Assembly: GCA_963797555.1 (NCBI GenBank)
Contig: CAWCPV010000014.1
Location: 1-64,000, forward strand
Direction of reading: 5' to 3'
Source: an uncultured Gammaproteobacteria bacterium
GTDB taxonomy: Bacteria > Pseudomonadota > Gammaproteobacteria > CAWCPV01
DNA length: 64,000 bases
The notes under the pieces were generated by a model. The model saw nothing but the letters and a program-made list of their open reading frames with translations. It ran no database searches and was not told where the DNA came from. A program made the translations under genes and the position numbers. Shown here one piece after another: positions 19,394 to 30,300 of the stretch (the stretch's first letter is position 1; each line of letters opens with the position of its first letter).

Positions 19394-21127
19394 ATGAATA
19401 TGCGAAATCACCTTGCACCGTGCATCCTGACCGCTCTGCTCACCTTCGCCGCGGTCTCACCGGCGTTCGCCCAGCCCGGCGCGGAGGTCTACTACGACGA
19501 CCCCAATGGACCCCGTTACGGGGACCCGGGGGCCAGATATCAAGAACATGCGCCCGACCCATATTCGGACGAGACGGTCAGCGCCTTCTTTGACGATCTC
19601 GCGCCTTACGGCGACTGGATGTACGTAGAGGACCTGGGGTGGGCATGGCGGCCTCAGGGAGTCCCGAGGGGCTGGCAGCCCTACACCGACGGTCGGTGGG
19701 TCTGGACCGACGACGGCTGGACCTGGATTTCGGATTGGGAGTGGGGATGGGCGCCGTTCCACTATGGGCGCTGGACGTCCTACGACGACGATTGGGTGTG
19801 GGTGCCGGGCCTGGAATGGGCACCGGCTTGGGTGAGCTGGCGGCATGGAGACGGGTGGGTTGGCTGGGCCCCCTTGCCGCCCCGGTTCCCGCACTATCGG
19901 GAGGTCCTCGTCGAGCCCTATCTGGTGGAGCGGGAGATCGTCCTGCCGCCCACTGCGTACTGCTTCGTACAGGAACGCGTGTTCATGGAGCCGCAGGTCG
20001 GTCTCTATATGGTTCCGCGCTACCGCAACAACGCCCTGGTGCGCCGGACGGAAAACGTTACCCATTACAGCTTCGCCGGGGGTCGGGTAGCGAACCGCGG
20101 CCTCGACGTAAGGGAAGTCGAACGCTTTACGAGCCGCCCGGTGAGGCAATATCGGATCGTGGACCGAGACAGGCCGGCCAAGCGGGGCGAGTATGTCAAG
20201 GACAACGAGGTCCCCATGTTCCGGCCCTCATTCAAGGGCGAAAAAGGGTCTCGGCCTCGGGACCAGGGCGGTGGGCATTCGTGGGGGGCTAACCCCAGGG
20301 AGACGCGGCCAGGCTTCGCCGGCAGGCCGCCGGAGAAGGGCGTCGATGTAACACGCGAGATCAAGCCAGGTCCCGGTCGACCGTGGGAAGGCGGCCAGGG
20401 CGCAAGCGAAAGCCAGGGGGGATCGCGCGCGTACACCACCGAGCCCCGGACACCGGAGACACGGAAGGGTGCGCCCTTCGCCTACGGATCGCCCGGCCGC
20501 CAAGACTATGGCGGCTCCCAGAAAGCGTTGCGCGGCAACAGCGGCGAGCAGCGGACAACCCCTGCCCCCGCGTCGGAGCCCTACTCCAAGCGCGGGGAAG
20601 ATTGGGGTTCATCCCGAGAGGCGCGCACGCCCGAGCCGCCCGCGGTCATCTACCAGGCGCCCGCGCGCAAGGACAATGCCGTTACGGCTCCGCCACAGTT
20701 TCCCGAGGTGTCCCGCCCACAGCAGCCGTGGGGCCGCGACACCAGGCAGAACGAGGCGAAGCAGTCCTCGCGCAACGTGCCTCCCTACCAACCCCCGGTC
20801 GTACGGGCGCCCCAACCCGCCCGCGAGGAGCGCCAGTTACAGCCGCAGGTACGCGGAGGCACGTGGGGTCCGCCTCCGCAGCAGTCCTTCAGCGGCGTCC
20901 AGAAGTACGATCGCAGGTCGAATCGGGAGAGTAACCCGCCCGCCTATTCTCGCCAGGTCGAACGGCCCGCTCCGGAGTCGTCCCATAAGCAGGAACCACG
21001 CGTCCAGGCGGCCGGGCGTCCTGAGCCGGCCCAGCAGCACGGATCATCCAACCGCTCCCAGGAGCGCAAGACCGAGAGCTCGCGACAGCAGAAGCGCGGC
21101 CCCGGCGGGCAGGATGAGAAGCAGTAG
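19394..21127 (+). CDS. Exported DUF6600-like protein with a Trp-rich domain and a long disordered Pro/Gln/Arg tail
   Basis: Signal peptide, then FFDDLAPYGDW..WQPYTDGRWVWTDDGWTWISDWEWGWAPFHYGRW..WAPAWVSWR..VGWAPLPP. Confidence 0.8.
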   Translation: MNMRNHLAPCILTALLTFAAVSPAFAQPGAEVYYDDPNGPRYGDPGARYQEHAPDPYSDETVSAFFDDLAPYGDWMYVEDLGWAWRPQGVPRGWQPYTDGRWVWTDDGWTWISDWEWGWAPFHYGRWTSYDDDWVWVPGLEWAPAWVSWRHGDGWVGWAPLPPRFPHYREVLVEPYLVEREIVLPPTAYCFVQERVFMEPQVGLYMVPRYRNNALVRRTENVTHYSFAGGRVANRGLDVREVERFTSRPVRQYRIVDRDRPAKRGEYVKDNEVPMFRPSFKGEKGSRPRDQGGGHSWGANPRETRPGFAGRPPEKGVDVTREIKPGPGRPWEGGQGASESQGGSRAYTTEPRTPETRKGAPFAYGSPGRQDYGGSQKALRGNSGEQRTTPAPASEPYSKRGEDWGSSREARTPEPPAVIYQAPARKDNAVTAPPQFPEVSRPQQPWGRDTRQNEAKQSSRNVPPYQPPVVRAPQPAREERQLQPQVRGGTWGPPPQQSFSGVQKYDRRSNRESNPPAYSRQVERPAPESSHKQEPRVQAAGRPEPAQQHGSSNRSQERKTESSRQQKRGPGGQDEKQ

Positions 21128-21387
21128 GAGGGCCGGGCCCGGGGTGCTCCCAAAAGCACTGGACGGGACGACGCGTCGGCTGCGGCGCCCGCCTAAGGCA
21201 GGCGGCTCGGCTCGGCGCTTTGCGCCGTCCCTGCCTCATCGTCCGCACCGAGCGTGGACGCCCGGCAGCCCGATTGCGCGCCGGGCAGAAGAAACGCCAG
21301 GATCATGGCCAGGAGGAACCCGAGGGGCTCCCTCAAGACCGTTGCGGCGGCACGTCCCCAAGGGGTTCCGCCCTACGCGGACTGTTC

Positions 21388-21783
21388 TCACAGCTCCCAA
21401 AGGCGTCGCACACCGTAGCGGTCGAACACGGTTTCGTTGCTGACCAGTATTAGGTTTTCGGCCTGGGCCTGGGCAATCAGCATGCGGTCAAAGGGATCGC
21501 GATGGGGTCCGGGCAGCAGGCCAGCACGGCGGGCGTGGTCGATGCTGATCGCCAATTCAGCGAAACCCTGCATGGCAAGCACCTCCGCCATCCGCTCGGC
21601 CACCTCGATGGCACCTGGCAACTTGCCGAGTCGCACCTTGGTCGCGATCTCCCATGCCGAGGCCGCGCTGACCAGCACCGGGTGAGTCTCATCGCCGATA
21701 GCATCGCGTGCGGCGCGCGAGAGCCGCTCGTCGCCCTCTAACCACCAGAGTAGCGCATGCGTGTCCAGCAGCAGCCTCATCAC
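21388..21783 (-). CDS. vapC: VapC-family PIN toxin
   Basis: LLLDTHALLWW, VSAASAWEIATK, HRDPFDRMLIAQA. Confidence 0.9.
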   Translation of the reverse strand: MMRLLLDTHALLWWLEGDERLSRAARDAIGDETHPVLVSAASAWEIATKVRLGKLPGAIEVAERMAEVLAMQGFAELAISIDHARRAGLLPGPHRDPFDRMLIAQAQAENLILVSNETVFDRYGVRRLWEL

Positions 21784-22013
21784 CGCTGCCAGGCGTCCAG
21801 CTCTTCTGGCGGCAGGGGCTCGAAGAAGGCGTCGTCCACCCGCGCTTTTCCGCGCATGGCGCCGAACACTCGACCCCGGGGCGCCGGGGTGACGGGCACC
21901 AAGCGCACCACCGGCTCGTCGCCACGGGCGATGACGATCTCTTCGCCCTTGCAGGCGCGCTCGATGAGCTTGGAGAGTTGGGTCTTGGCCGCGTGGATAG
22001 TAACCTTGGTCAT
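21780..22013 (-). CDS. Phd/YefM-family antitoxin
   Basis: MTKVTIHAAKTQLSKLIERACKGEEIVIAR. Overlaps the toxin. Confidence 0.9.
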   Translation of the reverse strand: MTKVTIHAAKTQLSKLIERACKGEEIVIARGDEPVVRLVPVTPAPRGRVFGAMRGKARVDDAFFEPLPPEELDAWQR

Positions 22014-22378
22014 GGCTCGGCTCCCGGAGTCTGCGTGGGACACGCGGGGTTAGCTAATGGAGCTTAGCTAATGCTGTTCGCCTGATCAACAGGCACAGGC
22101 GCGGTACTCGTCGATCAGGGACGCGACGCGGAAGCAAGTGCAGCCCGTGCGACCCAGCATCGATGAAGCGCAGCGGAATCGGGGGAAGTCCATGGGCAGC
22201 GGATAATCAATCGGGGGCGGTAATCGGGGATCAGGGTTTCGCACGCGGCGCAGCCAGGGAACGATTTCCCCGGCGCACCGGTATTCCCACGCGGCGGGAG
22301 GCGTGAGATCTTCCCATTCGGCGGAATACGCTTCGCTTTTACGCCCTACGCGGGCTGTCCCTTAGTACGGTAAGGACC

Positions 22379-22666
22379 ATGGCAACGGTTACCAGCAAGC
22401 TGCAAGTGACCATTCCCAAGGCGGTCGCCGAGCGGTTCGACATCCGCCTCGGGGACGAGATCGATTGGGTACCTGCCGGCGATGGCATCCGGGTCGTCCC
22501 GCACGGCGCCGCGCCGGCTGCCCGCGCCGTGCAAGAACGGCTTCAGATATTCGACCAGGCCACCGAGCGTCAGCGTGAGTGCGAAAGGCAGGGACCCGCG
22601 ACACCCGTCGGCGAAGCTCGCGGCTGGACGCGAGACCAGCTCTACCAGCGTGGCGGCGCTGGTTGA
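22379..22666 (+). CDS. AbrB/MazE/SpoVT-family antitoxin
   Basis: MATVTSKLQVTIPKAVAERFDIRLGDEIDW..RGWTRDQLYQRG. Confidence 0.8.
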   Translation: MATVTSKLQVTIPKAVAERFDIRLGDEIDWVPAGDGIRVVPHGAAPAARAVQERLQIFDQATERQRECERQGPATPVGEARGWTRDQLYQRGGAG

Positions 22667-22690
22667 TACGAATATCCTCGTCTACCGCAA
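22650..22690 (+). pseudogene. First codons of a PIN/VapC toxin, rest deleted
   Basis: GTG-AALVDTNILVYR overlaps the antitoxin end, then similarity is lost. Confidence 0.6.
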
Positions 22691-24221
22691 GGTTGGACCT
22701 GACCCTGGGCTTTCGCGCCGTGGCGCGTCTGATCCCACAGGGGCGGTGCATGATCAGATCCGTCTTCGCGGCGCACGCTACGACGCGGCAGGCGCCGCCG
22801 CTCCTTCGGGTTCGGCGCAAGCTCCGGCCTCGACCGCGAGACGCCGGTCGTCTTCGGCCGAGAAGTGCCAATGCAGGCGGCGGCTCTCCGGTTCTGAGAA
22901 TGACCGACCCTGGCGCCTTTTCCCGCTCCTTTTCCCGCTCCATGTTTCACCGCTGTGATCTCCGGTGCATCTGTCCCTCAAACCACTTGCACACTTCGAA
23001 GATCTCGTCGCGGTCAGAAAATAACTGCGCAAGCAGCAGCAAATATCTTTGCTCAATCCTGAGATCAAAGATTTGACAAGAATCATTTATCGCTTGAGCG
23101 TAGTGTTTACGCGCATGGTCTATGAAGGGGGCCAGCGCGGGCCGGCCGAGCACGGTGACGCTCCCCGACGGGCCGTTGAGCTATGCCTACAACCCGACGA
23201 CCGGCAAGCTCACCCAGGTGACCGCTCCCGATGGAGGAACGCTCGCGTTGACCTATGCCGGATCGCTGCTCACCAACGTCGCCTGGTCAGGCACCTTATC
23301 CGGGCAGGTGGGCTACAGCTACGACAATGACTTCAGGCTCAACTCGGTGACGGTGAATGGGGCGAATCCCATCAGCTTCGGCTACGATGCCGACAGCCTG
23401 CTCACCCAGGCCGGGAGCTTGACGCTCAGCCGCGATGCGCAGAATGGACTCCTCACGGGCTCGACGCTGGGCAACGTCACCGATACCTGGAGCTACGACC
23501 TGTTCGGGGAGCCCGCGAGCTACAGCGCGGCCTCCAGTGGCACAGCGCTGTTCTCTACCAGCTTCACCCGCGACCCGCTCGGGCGCATTACCCAAAAGGT
23601 GGAGACCGTGGGTGGCGTTGCGACCACCTTCGACTACGGCTACGACCTCGCCGGGCGCCTCGTTCAAGTCCAGCAGAACGGCACGGTGGCGGCGAGCTAT
23701 AGCTACGACAGCAACGGCAACCGCCTGAGCCGCACCACGCCCGCAGGCACCGAGACCGGCACCTACGACGATCAGGATCGGCTGCTGACCTACGGCGCCG
23801 CCACTTACACCTATACCGCGAACGGCGAGTTGGCGACCAAGACCACGGGTGGGCAGACCACCAGCTACCAGTACGATGTGCTCGGCAACCTCAAGCATGT
23901 GGGGCTGCCGGGCGGGACCAACATCGACTATGTGATCGACGGCAGTAACCGCCGCATCGGCAAGAAAGTGAACGGCACTCTGGTTCAGGGCTTTCTCTAT
24001 CAGGACAAGCTCAAGCCTATTGCCGAGTTGGATAGTGCCGGTAACGTGGCCAGCCGATTTGTCTATGCAACCCGCGTCAATGTGCCGGATTACATGATCA
24101 AGGGTGGGGCGACCTATCGTATCCTCACCGATCATCTTGGAACCCCGCGCCTCGTGGTCGATACGGCTACCGGTATCATCGTGCAGCGAATGGACTACGA
24201 TGAGTTCGGAAGGGTCATTCT

Positions 24222-25672
24222 GGCTCTTCCCGGAATCGTGTGGGTAGCAATGCCTATGCCGCAGCGGCATCTGCCCGAGCTTTGACACCAGCGGGTGTGT
24301 TGAACGGCGAGGCGGGCAGGTGGGCGAGATTGCCGGCGATGAGGTAGGCGATGGTGATGAGCGAGTGCGTGGTGCGGTAGCCCCGGGCGCGAGCCTTGGC
24401 GGCCTGGATGAGGGAGTTGATGCCCTCGGCGCGGCCGTTGGTGAGGCCCGAGTGGAATGCGGCGAGGATGCCGTTCCAGTGCTCTTTCAGGGTAGTGGCG
24501 AGGCGTTTCATGGGCTGCAGGCGGCTACGCCGTGCCCAGCGATACCAGCGCCCGAGGGCGCTCTCGGCCTGCTCGAGGGTGCTGGCCGTGGCGTAGATAT
24601 CGCGCAGCGCCTCCTTGAGGCGCCAGGCGCGGGAGAGCCAATGGAAGTCGGTGAGCTGGTCCCAGGTCCAGTCGTGGGCGACTTTGAGCCAGGTCCAGCG
24701 GGTGCCTCTGAGGGCGGGCTCGGTCTTGATCTCCTGGCGGCGCACCGCGTCGACCGCCTCGTTGGCGAGCTTGATGACGTGGAAGGCATCGAAGCTCACC
24801 GTAGCCTGAGGCAGATGCTTGGCCACCCCGGCGCGGTAGGCGGCGGACATGTCGATGCACACCTGCTCGATGGCCTGCGGGTCGCCGCCGTGCGCCTTGA
24901 GGTCGGCGGCGAAGGCCGCCACGGTGCTCTGGTCGCGGCCCTCGCAGGCGAACAGCAGGCGTTTTCCCGTGAGGTCATGGAACAGGCTGATGTAGTGCTG
25001 TTCACGCCGGGCAGCGGTCTCGTCCAGGCCCACAGCGCTCACCTGCGAGTGGTCCTCCTGAGCGCGGGCACTGCCTACGTAGTGATCGAGCACCCCCCAC
25101 AGGCGCTCATCGCCCACACCCAGGTGCCGAGCCACGGTCGCCACCGGCATGGCCTGGCACAGCGTGACCACCAGCGCCTCCATCAGCGCCGTGAAGCCAC
25201 TGTGGGCGCGCGCCCACGGCGCTTCGACCTGGGTCGTCTTGCCGCAGGCCTCGCAGCGCACTCGCGGCAGATGCGCGTGCAGGTATGCCCGTGACTTAAA
25301 GAAGCTCAGGTGCTGCCAACTGCGCTCCCGGGTGTCGTGCACCGGCTGGCCTTGCACTCCGCAGGCCGGGCAGGCAAAGCGGCTGCCCTTGGCAAACGCC
25401 ACCTCGAGGTCGATGCGCCCAGCCTCGGGGTCGAACCGCACCTCGGTGACCTCCCAAGGCGCTGTCAGGCCCAGTGCCGTGGTAAACAGATGCGTGGGCT
25501 GCACGGTGCTCCCCCCTTGGATGACGGCCTGTGGATTTGTGGACGAGTCCTGCGGAGCGGCCCCACGCGAGGGCCTCTCGCCCACCACCCCAACCACAAG
25601 ATGCTGTGATAAGCGACCGGTCAGAACAGATGCTACTTGACTACCACCACCCACACAATTGCCGAAAGAGCC
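24222..25672 (-). mobile_element. ISL3-family insertion sequence (1451 bp)
   Basis: Imperfect terminal IRs GGCTCTTCCCGGAATCGTGTGGGT / GGCTCTTTCGGCAATTGTGTGGGT. 8-bp TSD GTCATTCT at 24214-24221 and 25673-25680. Confidence 0.95.
24254..25504 (-). CDS. ISL3-family transposase
   Basis: Zn finger CPAC..CEAC, then VGLDET, CIDMSAAY, FDAFHVIK and TNGRAEGINSLIQ. Confidence 0.92.
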   Translation of the reverse strand: MQPTHLFTTALGLTAPWEVTEVRFDPEAGRIDLEVAFAKGSRFACPACGVQGQPVHDTRERSWQHLSFFKSRAYLHAHLPRVRCEACGKTTQVEAPWARAHSGFTALMEALVVTLCQAMPVATVARHLGVGDERLWGVLDHYVGSARAQEDHSQVSAVGLDETAARREQHYISLFHDLTGKRLLFACEGRDQSTVAAFAADLKAHGGDPQAIEQVCIDMSAAYRAGVAKHLPQATVSFDAFHVIKLANEAVDAVRRQEIKTEPALRGTRWTWLKVAHDWTWDQLTDFHWLSRAWRLKEALRDIYATASTLEQAESALGRWYRWARRSRLQPMKRLATTLKEHWNGILAAFHSGLTNGRAEGINSLIQAAKARARGYRTTHSLITIAYLIAGNLAHLPASPFNTPAGVKARADAAAA

Positions 25673-26769
25673 GTCATTCTGGATACCAATCCGGGATTCC
25701 AGCCCTTTGGATTTGCGGGCGGGTTGTATGACCGGGATACCCAACTCGTGCGGTTTGGGGCACGGGATTATGATGCGGATACGGGAAGGTGGCTGGCGAA
25801 GGATGCGATTTTGTTTGGGGGTGGGGGTGTTAATTTGTACAGCTACAACACTAACGATGCTGTGAACTCATTCGATCCTGATGGGCTTAAAGTTGAGCTT
25901 GGATATAGAGTTCTTATCCCGGGCGCTGCATATCACACTCTACTAATATTAACAGATAGTCGGTCTGGAGATGTCAGAGTTCTTGAGGGAATGCCTGAAC
26001 ACATGATAGCTGGGACAATGGGATATCTTGGCCCTGAGCACACGACCAGATATTATGGATATCTAATCAAGAAACAGGTTACTAATCCCAAAGCAATATC
26101 AAGAAACGATATCGTTACTATCCCAATGCCACCAGGAATGACTGATGCCGAGTTGCAACAGAGGCTTAATGAGAATTATGATTCCTACGCGAATAACGTC
26201 AGCTATGACCCGGTACCTTGGGGAAACAGTGGTAACAGCAATAGCATAATAGGAGATACACTAAGACGATCTGGCTCCAATTTTGCCCCAAATAGGTCAG
26301 CTCCCGGCTGGCAACAGAAACTACCCCACTCGCTACCCAGGGCTATTCAACGCTGCTCACAATAAATGCTCACAATAAATAAGCCAGGGTAGCAAGCGCG
26401 GAACCCGTAGCCTCGATGTAGCGCAGCGGAATGAATCAGCGCGAAGAGAAACAATGGAGAGAAACAATGGGGTCAGACTCCATTTATTCATTTATTGTCC
26501 CGGGCATCCCGCCAAGGGCGCCTCACGCGGCAGGTCTTCCAACGGATCCAGGCGTAGATCCAGGCGTGGTTTCCGGCACCGCCACTGCGGCTGTTGCCCC
26601 TTATAAGTCGCAGCCGCTTGCAATGCGCTGACGCAATCTCCAGCAGGTGTGAGTAGCGGAAAATCCGCTCGCCGCGTTACGCAGAACCCGGGGCTAACCG
26701 CCTCTGGCGATGCGGTGCGCGAGCTAAACCTGTCCTTACCCAATTCGGTGCTGGCTGTGCCCTCAAACC

Positions 26770-27012
26770 CTAGACAGAGCCAGGGTTACGCTTGGCGGTG
26801 GCAGGCATCGTCCTAATGAGTGCCCGAAGAACTTCGTTGACCGACTGCGGGGTACGGAATACCTCGGCTACATCTGAGTCCAGCACCACCACAACGCGGT
26901 CTTCTTCCGCCTGACCAGCGAATCGGTTCGGCTTGGCCTTGCGATAGTCAAACCGATACTCGGGCCGCAGCTCGTCCCGGACAGGACCCCTAGGGCTCAC
27001 GGTTTTCTTCAT
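26770..27012 (-). CDS. BrnA-like antitoxin
   Basis: DELRPEYRFDYRKAKPNRFA..VVLDSDVAEVFRTPQSVNEVLRALI. Overlaps brnT. Confidence 0.75.
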   Translation of the reverse strand: MKKTVSPRGPVRDELRPEYRFDYRKAKPNRFAGQAEEDRVVVVLDSDVAEVFRTPQSVNEVLRALIRTMPATAKRNPGSV

Positions 27013-27280
27013 AGTCCTCTCGTTCGTTGTTGGTCGCCATCCGAGCGCTGACGATGCGAACCAAGTTGGCGACCCGCTCTGCGAAGGATACCACGAGCAG
27101 CCTGCCGAGGGCGGAGTGGCCGACAATGATCTCTCGCAGCTCGTCTTCGGAGTGGTCCTCGTCATCGAAAATGCGTGCGAGGGGATCGCGGAACACAGTG
27201 CTTGCTTCGTCGAAGCTTACCCGATGTTTTCGGAGATTTGAGGCGGCCTTTCGTCTATCCCATTCAAAACGTAGAGGCAC
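26990..27280 (-). CDS. brnT: BrnT-family toxin
   Basis: FEWDRRKAASNLRKHRVSFDEASTVFRDP..RIVSARMAT. Confidence 0.88.
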   Translation of the reverse strand: MPLRFEWDRRKAASNLRKHRVSFDEASTVFRDPLARIFDDEDHSEDELREIIVGHSALGRLLVVSFAERVANLVRIVSARMATNNEREDYEENREP

Positions 27281-27413
27281 CGATGATCCTCATTCTTTTT
27301 CATCGTCGTCGAACGTTGGGAGCCAGGCGGCTCTGGGTTCTTCCCTATGGGGCCAGCCGCTGCCCTCACAGCCCAGCATATTGCGGGGCCTGGCGCGTCC
27401 GAGGCGCCGTGCT

Positions 27414-28818
27414 TCAAATAAATACCTGGGCATAGATTCCCACACCCAGGGTGAGTACCGCTGAGGAGGCCAGCACGGCTCCGGTGCCGAAGGACAACCG
27501 CGGGGCAGGGACCACCTCCTCCTCGGCGGGGCTGAAGAAAACCACCAATATCCTCAGGTAGTAATAGAACGACGCCGCGGTGGCTAGGGCCAGCAGGACC
27601 GCGAGGCCCTGCAGGCCGGCTTGGAGGGCGGCGAGGAAGACGAACAGCTTGGCGAAGAAGCCGGCGGTGGGAGGCAGACCGGCAAGCGACAGCACACCGA
27701 TAGCCAGCACCAGGCCGAGCCAGGGGTGACGGCGCCCCAGACCGCGGTAGGCCGCCAGGTCCTCGCGGTCGCCGGTCTGCCTGGCGAAGACGGCCACCAC
27801 GCCGAACACGGCCATGTTCATCACCGCGTAGGCTAGTCCATAGTACAGCGCGGCGTGATAGCCGCTTCGAGTGCCGCTGGCCAGAGCGGCCAGAATGTAG
27901 CCGAAGTGTGCGATGGTCGAATATCCCAATAGACGTTTCAGATTTCGCTGGCGCAGCGCGAGCAGGTTGCCGACCACCATGCCCGCCGCGGCCAGGCCCG
28001 CTATCAGCGGCAGAAATGGTGCCCAGACCGGGATCATCTGTTCGCCGACGAGGCGGCTCAGGAATACCAGCATGGCCACCTTGGCGACTGCGCCGAGCAA
28101 GGCGGTCACGGGCACCGGTCCCCCCTGGTAGATGTCCGCGGTCCACATGTGGAATGGGACTACCGCGAGCTCGAAACCGATGCCCGCCAGCAGCAGGGCA
28201 GTCCCGACGGTGACGAGCGGCGGCAGGCCGCGGGGTCCGGCCATGGCGGCGGCAATCGCCCCCGTCTCCAGAGTGCCGGAACCGGCGTAAATCAGGGACA
28301 TGCCATAGAGGAAGAAGGCGGCCGCCAGCCCGGACAGCACGGCATATTTCAGCCCGCCCTCGATTGCCCCTGGGCGGTGCGGCTGCCAGGCGATCAGACC
28401 GAACAGGGGGACGGAAATCAGCTCGAGCCCGAGGAAGCCCGCCAGGAGATCCGCGGACGCCACCAGAATGAACATCCCGAGGGTTGCGAACAGCACCAGA
28501 CCATAGAATGCCTCGTTGACCTCGGTCATCGTGGGACCGTAGTGCCGCGCCAGCAGCACCGTCGCGAGCGCGCCCGCGGCGGCCAGGATCATGAAGCTCA
28601 AGGACACCGGGTCGATGATGAGCATGTCCTGGATGACGCGTTCATGGCCCCACAGGGCCAGGCCGAGCAGCCCGGATGCGAGCAGCAGCGTCACCGTCAG
28701 AGCGTAAGCCGGGCGCCGGGGCCGAGCGACCGGCAGCACGCCCGACCAGCAGCACCGCCAGCCCCCCGAGGCCGACGATGATGAAAGGCGACAGCAGGAG
28801 GAAGTCAGTGGAGGACAT
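27414..28818 (-). CDS. nuoN: NADH-quinone oxidoreductase subunit N; frameshift near 28740
   Basis: FLGLELISVP, EGGLKY, VPFHMWTADIYQG, LKRLLGYSTIAHFGY, SLAGLPPTAGFFAK. Last gene of the operon. Confidence 0.88.
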
Positions 28819-30290
28819 GCGAGGCGGCGACTCCTAGGCTCACGGGTTTGATGTCGGCAACGGCGCTGGTCGCGGCTTGGATGGGGTCGAGGAAGCTTCC
28901 GGGATACAGGCCCAGCCAGCAGGATCAACGCCACCAACGCGCCCAGCACCAGCGTCTCGCGGGTGCCCAGATCGGGCAGCGCGGCCTCCTCCCTGAGCGC
29001 GCCCAGCATGCTGCGCTCGTACATGCGCAGAAAGTAGGTGACGCTGACGACGAGGCCCGCGGTGGCGACCGCTCCCCACACCAGGTCGGTCTCGACGCTT
29101 CCTGACAGCACCAGGAACTCGCCTACGAAGTTCGCCAGTCCGGGGAGTCCGATGCCGGTGAGCACGAGCACCAGCAGCAGCGCGCCCAGCCTCGGCATGG
29201 GGCGGAACCAGCCGCCCATCGTGTCCAGCGCGGTCGAGCGGCCGCGTTCGGTGACCCAGCCTACCACCGCAAACAGGCCCGCTACCGCGAGCCCATGGGC
29301 CAGCAGCAGGAACACCGCTCCGCTCAGGCTGCGCTGCTGCCAGGCGAACAGCCCCAGCACCACCAGGCTCATGTGGCTGATGCTCGAATAGGCGATCAGC
29401 CGCTTCATGTCGTTCTGCACCAGGGCGAGCAAGCCGGCGTAGATGACCCCCGCCGCACCGAGCGCCATGCCCGCGGGGGCGAACGCGTGTGCGCCTTCAG
29501 GGAACAGGGGCAGGCAGAAGCGCAGGATGCCATAGGCGCCGACGTTGGCCATCGCGCCGGAGAGCAGGATGGTCACCGGCGGCTCGGCCTCGGAGTAGGC
29601 GTCGGGTGCCCAGACGTGCAGCGGCAGCATGGGGATCTTGACCGCGAACGCCGCTAGGAAGCCCAGCAGGAGCCACAAGCTCGTCTGGGGGGACATGGAG
29701 GTCCCCAGGAGCTGGAAGTAATCGAAGGTGTAGGTGCCAGTCTCCTGCCCGTGAACGACGTACACCCCCACGAGAGACACCAGCATCAGCAGCGAGCCCA
29801 CGATGGTGAACAGGAAGAACTTCATGGCCGCGGGCGCCGCCCGTGAGCCGCCGCGCAGGGCGATGAGGAAGTAGATGGGTACGATCATCACCTCCCAGAA
29901 CACGTAGAACAGTACCAAGTCCAGGGCGGTGAGCACGCCCATGATGCCGCCTTCGGCCGCCAGCAGCAGGGCCCCGAACAGCCCCCAGTCCTGGATGCGG
30001 TGCCACGCCACCAGGATGGCGGCCAGGGTCACGACAGCGGTCAGCAGGCACAGCACCAGGCTCACGCCGTCCATGCTCAGCAGGTACTGCACTCCGATGG
30101 CCGGTATCCAATGCGCCCTCTCCTCTGCAAAGAAATCCGGGGTCGCCCGCGACCACAGCTCCAGCCCGACGATCAGCTCCCCAAGGGCCAGGGTGAGGGT
30201 GACCCATCTCGCTTCCTCGCGCTGCCCGCGGAACAGCCACCACAGCAGAAACCCGCCCACCAGGGGCAGAAAAATCAGCAGACTCAGCAT
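28805..30290 (-). CDS. nuoM: NADH-quinone oxidoreductase subunit M; frameshift near 28915
   Basis: DLVLFYVFWEVM, FAVKIPMLPLHVWAPDAY, DMKRLIAYSSISHM, GLPGLANFVGEF. Confidence 0.9.
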
Positions 30291-30300
30291 GTCCGGCCCC

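Larger units (their letters stand above)
23122..26365 (+). pseudogene. RHS/YD-repeat protein 3' part with C-terminal toxin domain, interrupted by ISL3
   Basis: YD repeats, then LTDHLGTPR..MDYDEFGRVIL | [36 protein letters not shown], which rejoin once the IS is removed. A low-GC tip follows DPDGL. Confidence 0.9.

Noticed and set aside
20230-21127. Repetitive-looking tail of the DUF6600-like gene
   Set aside because: It is a low-complexity disordered protein tail, with no discrete DNA repeat.
27414-30290. 958-aa NuoM-NuoN fusion in the ORF track
   Set aside because: It arises from two compensating frameshifts. A separate nuoM stop (28805) and nuoN start with RBS (28818) are visible.
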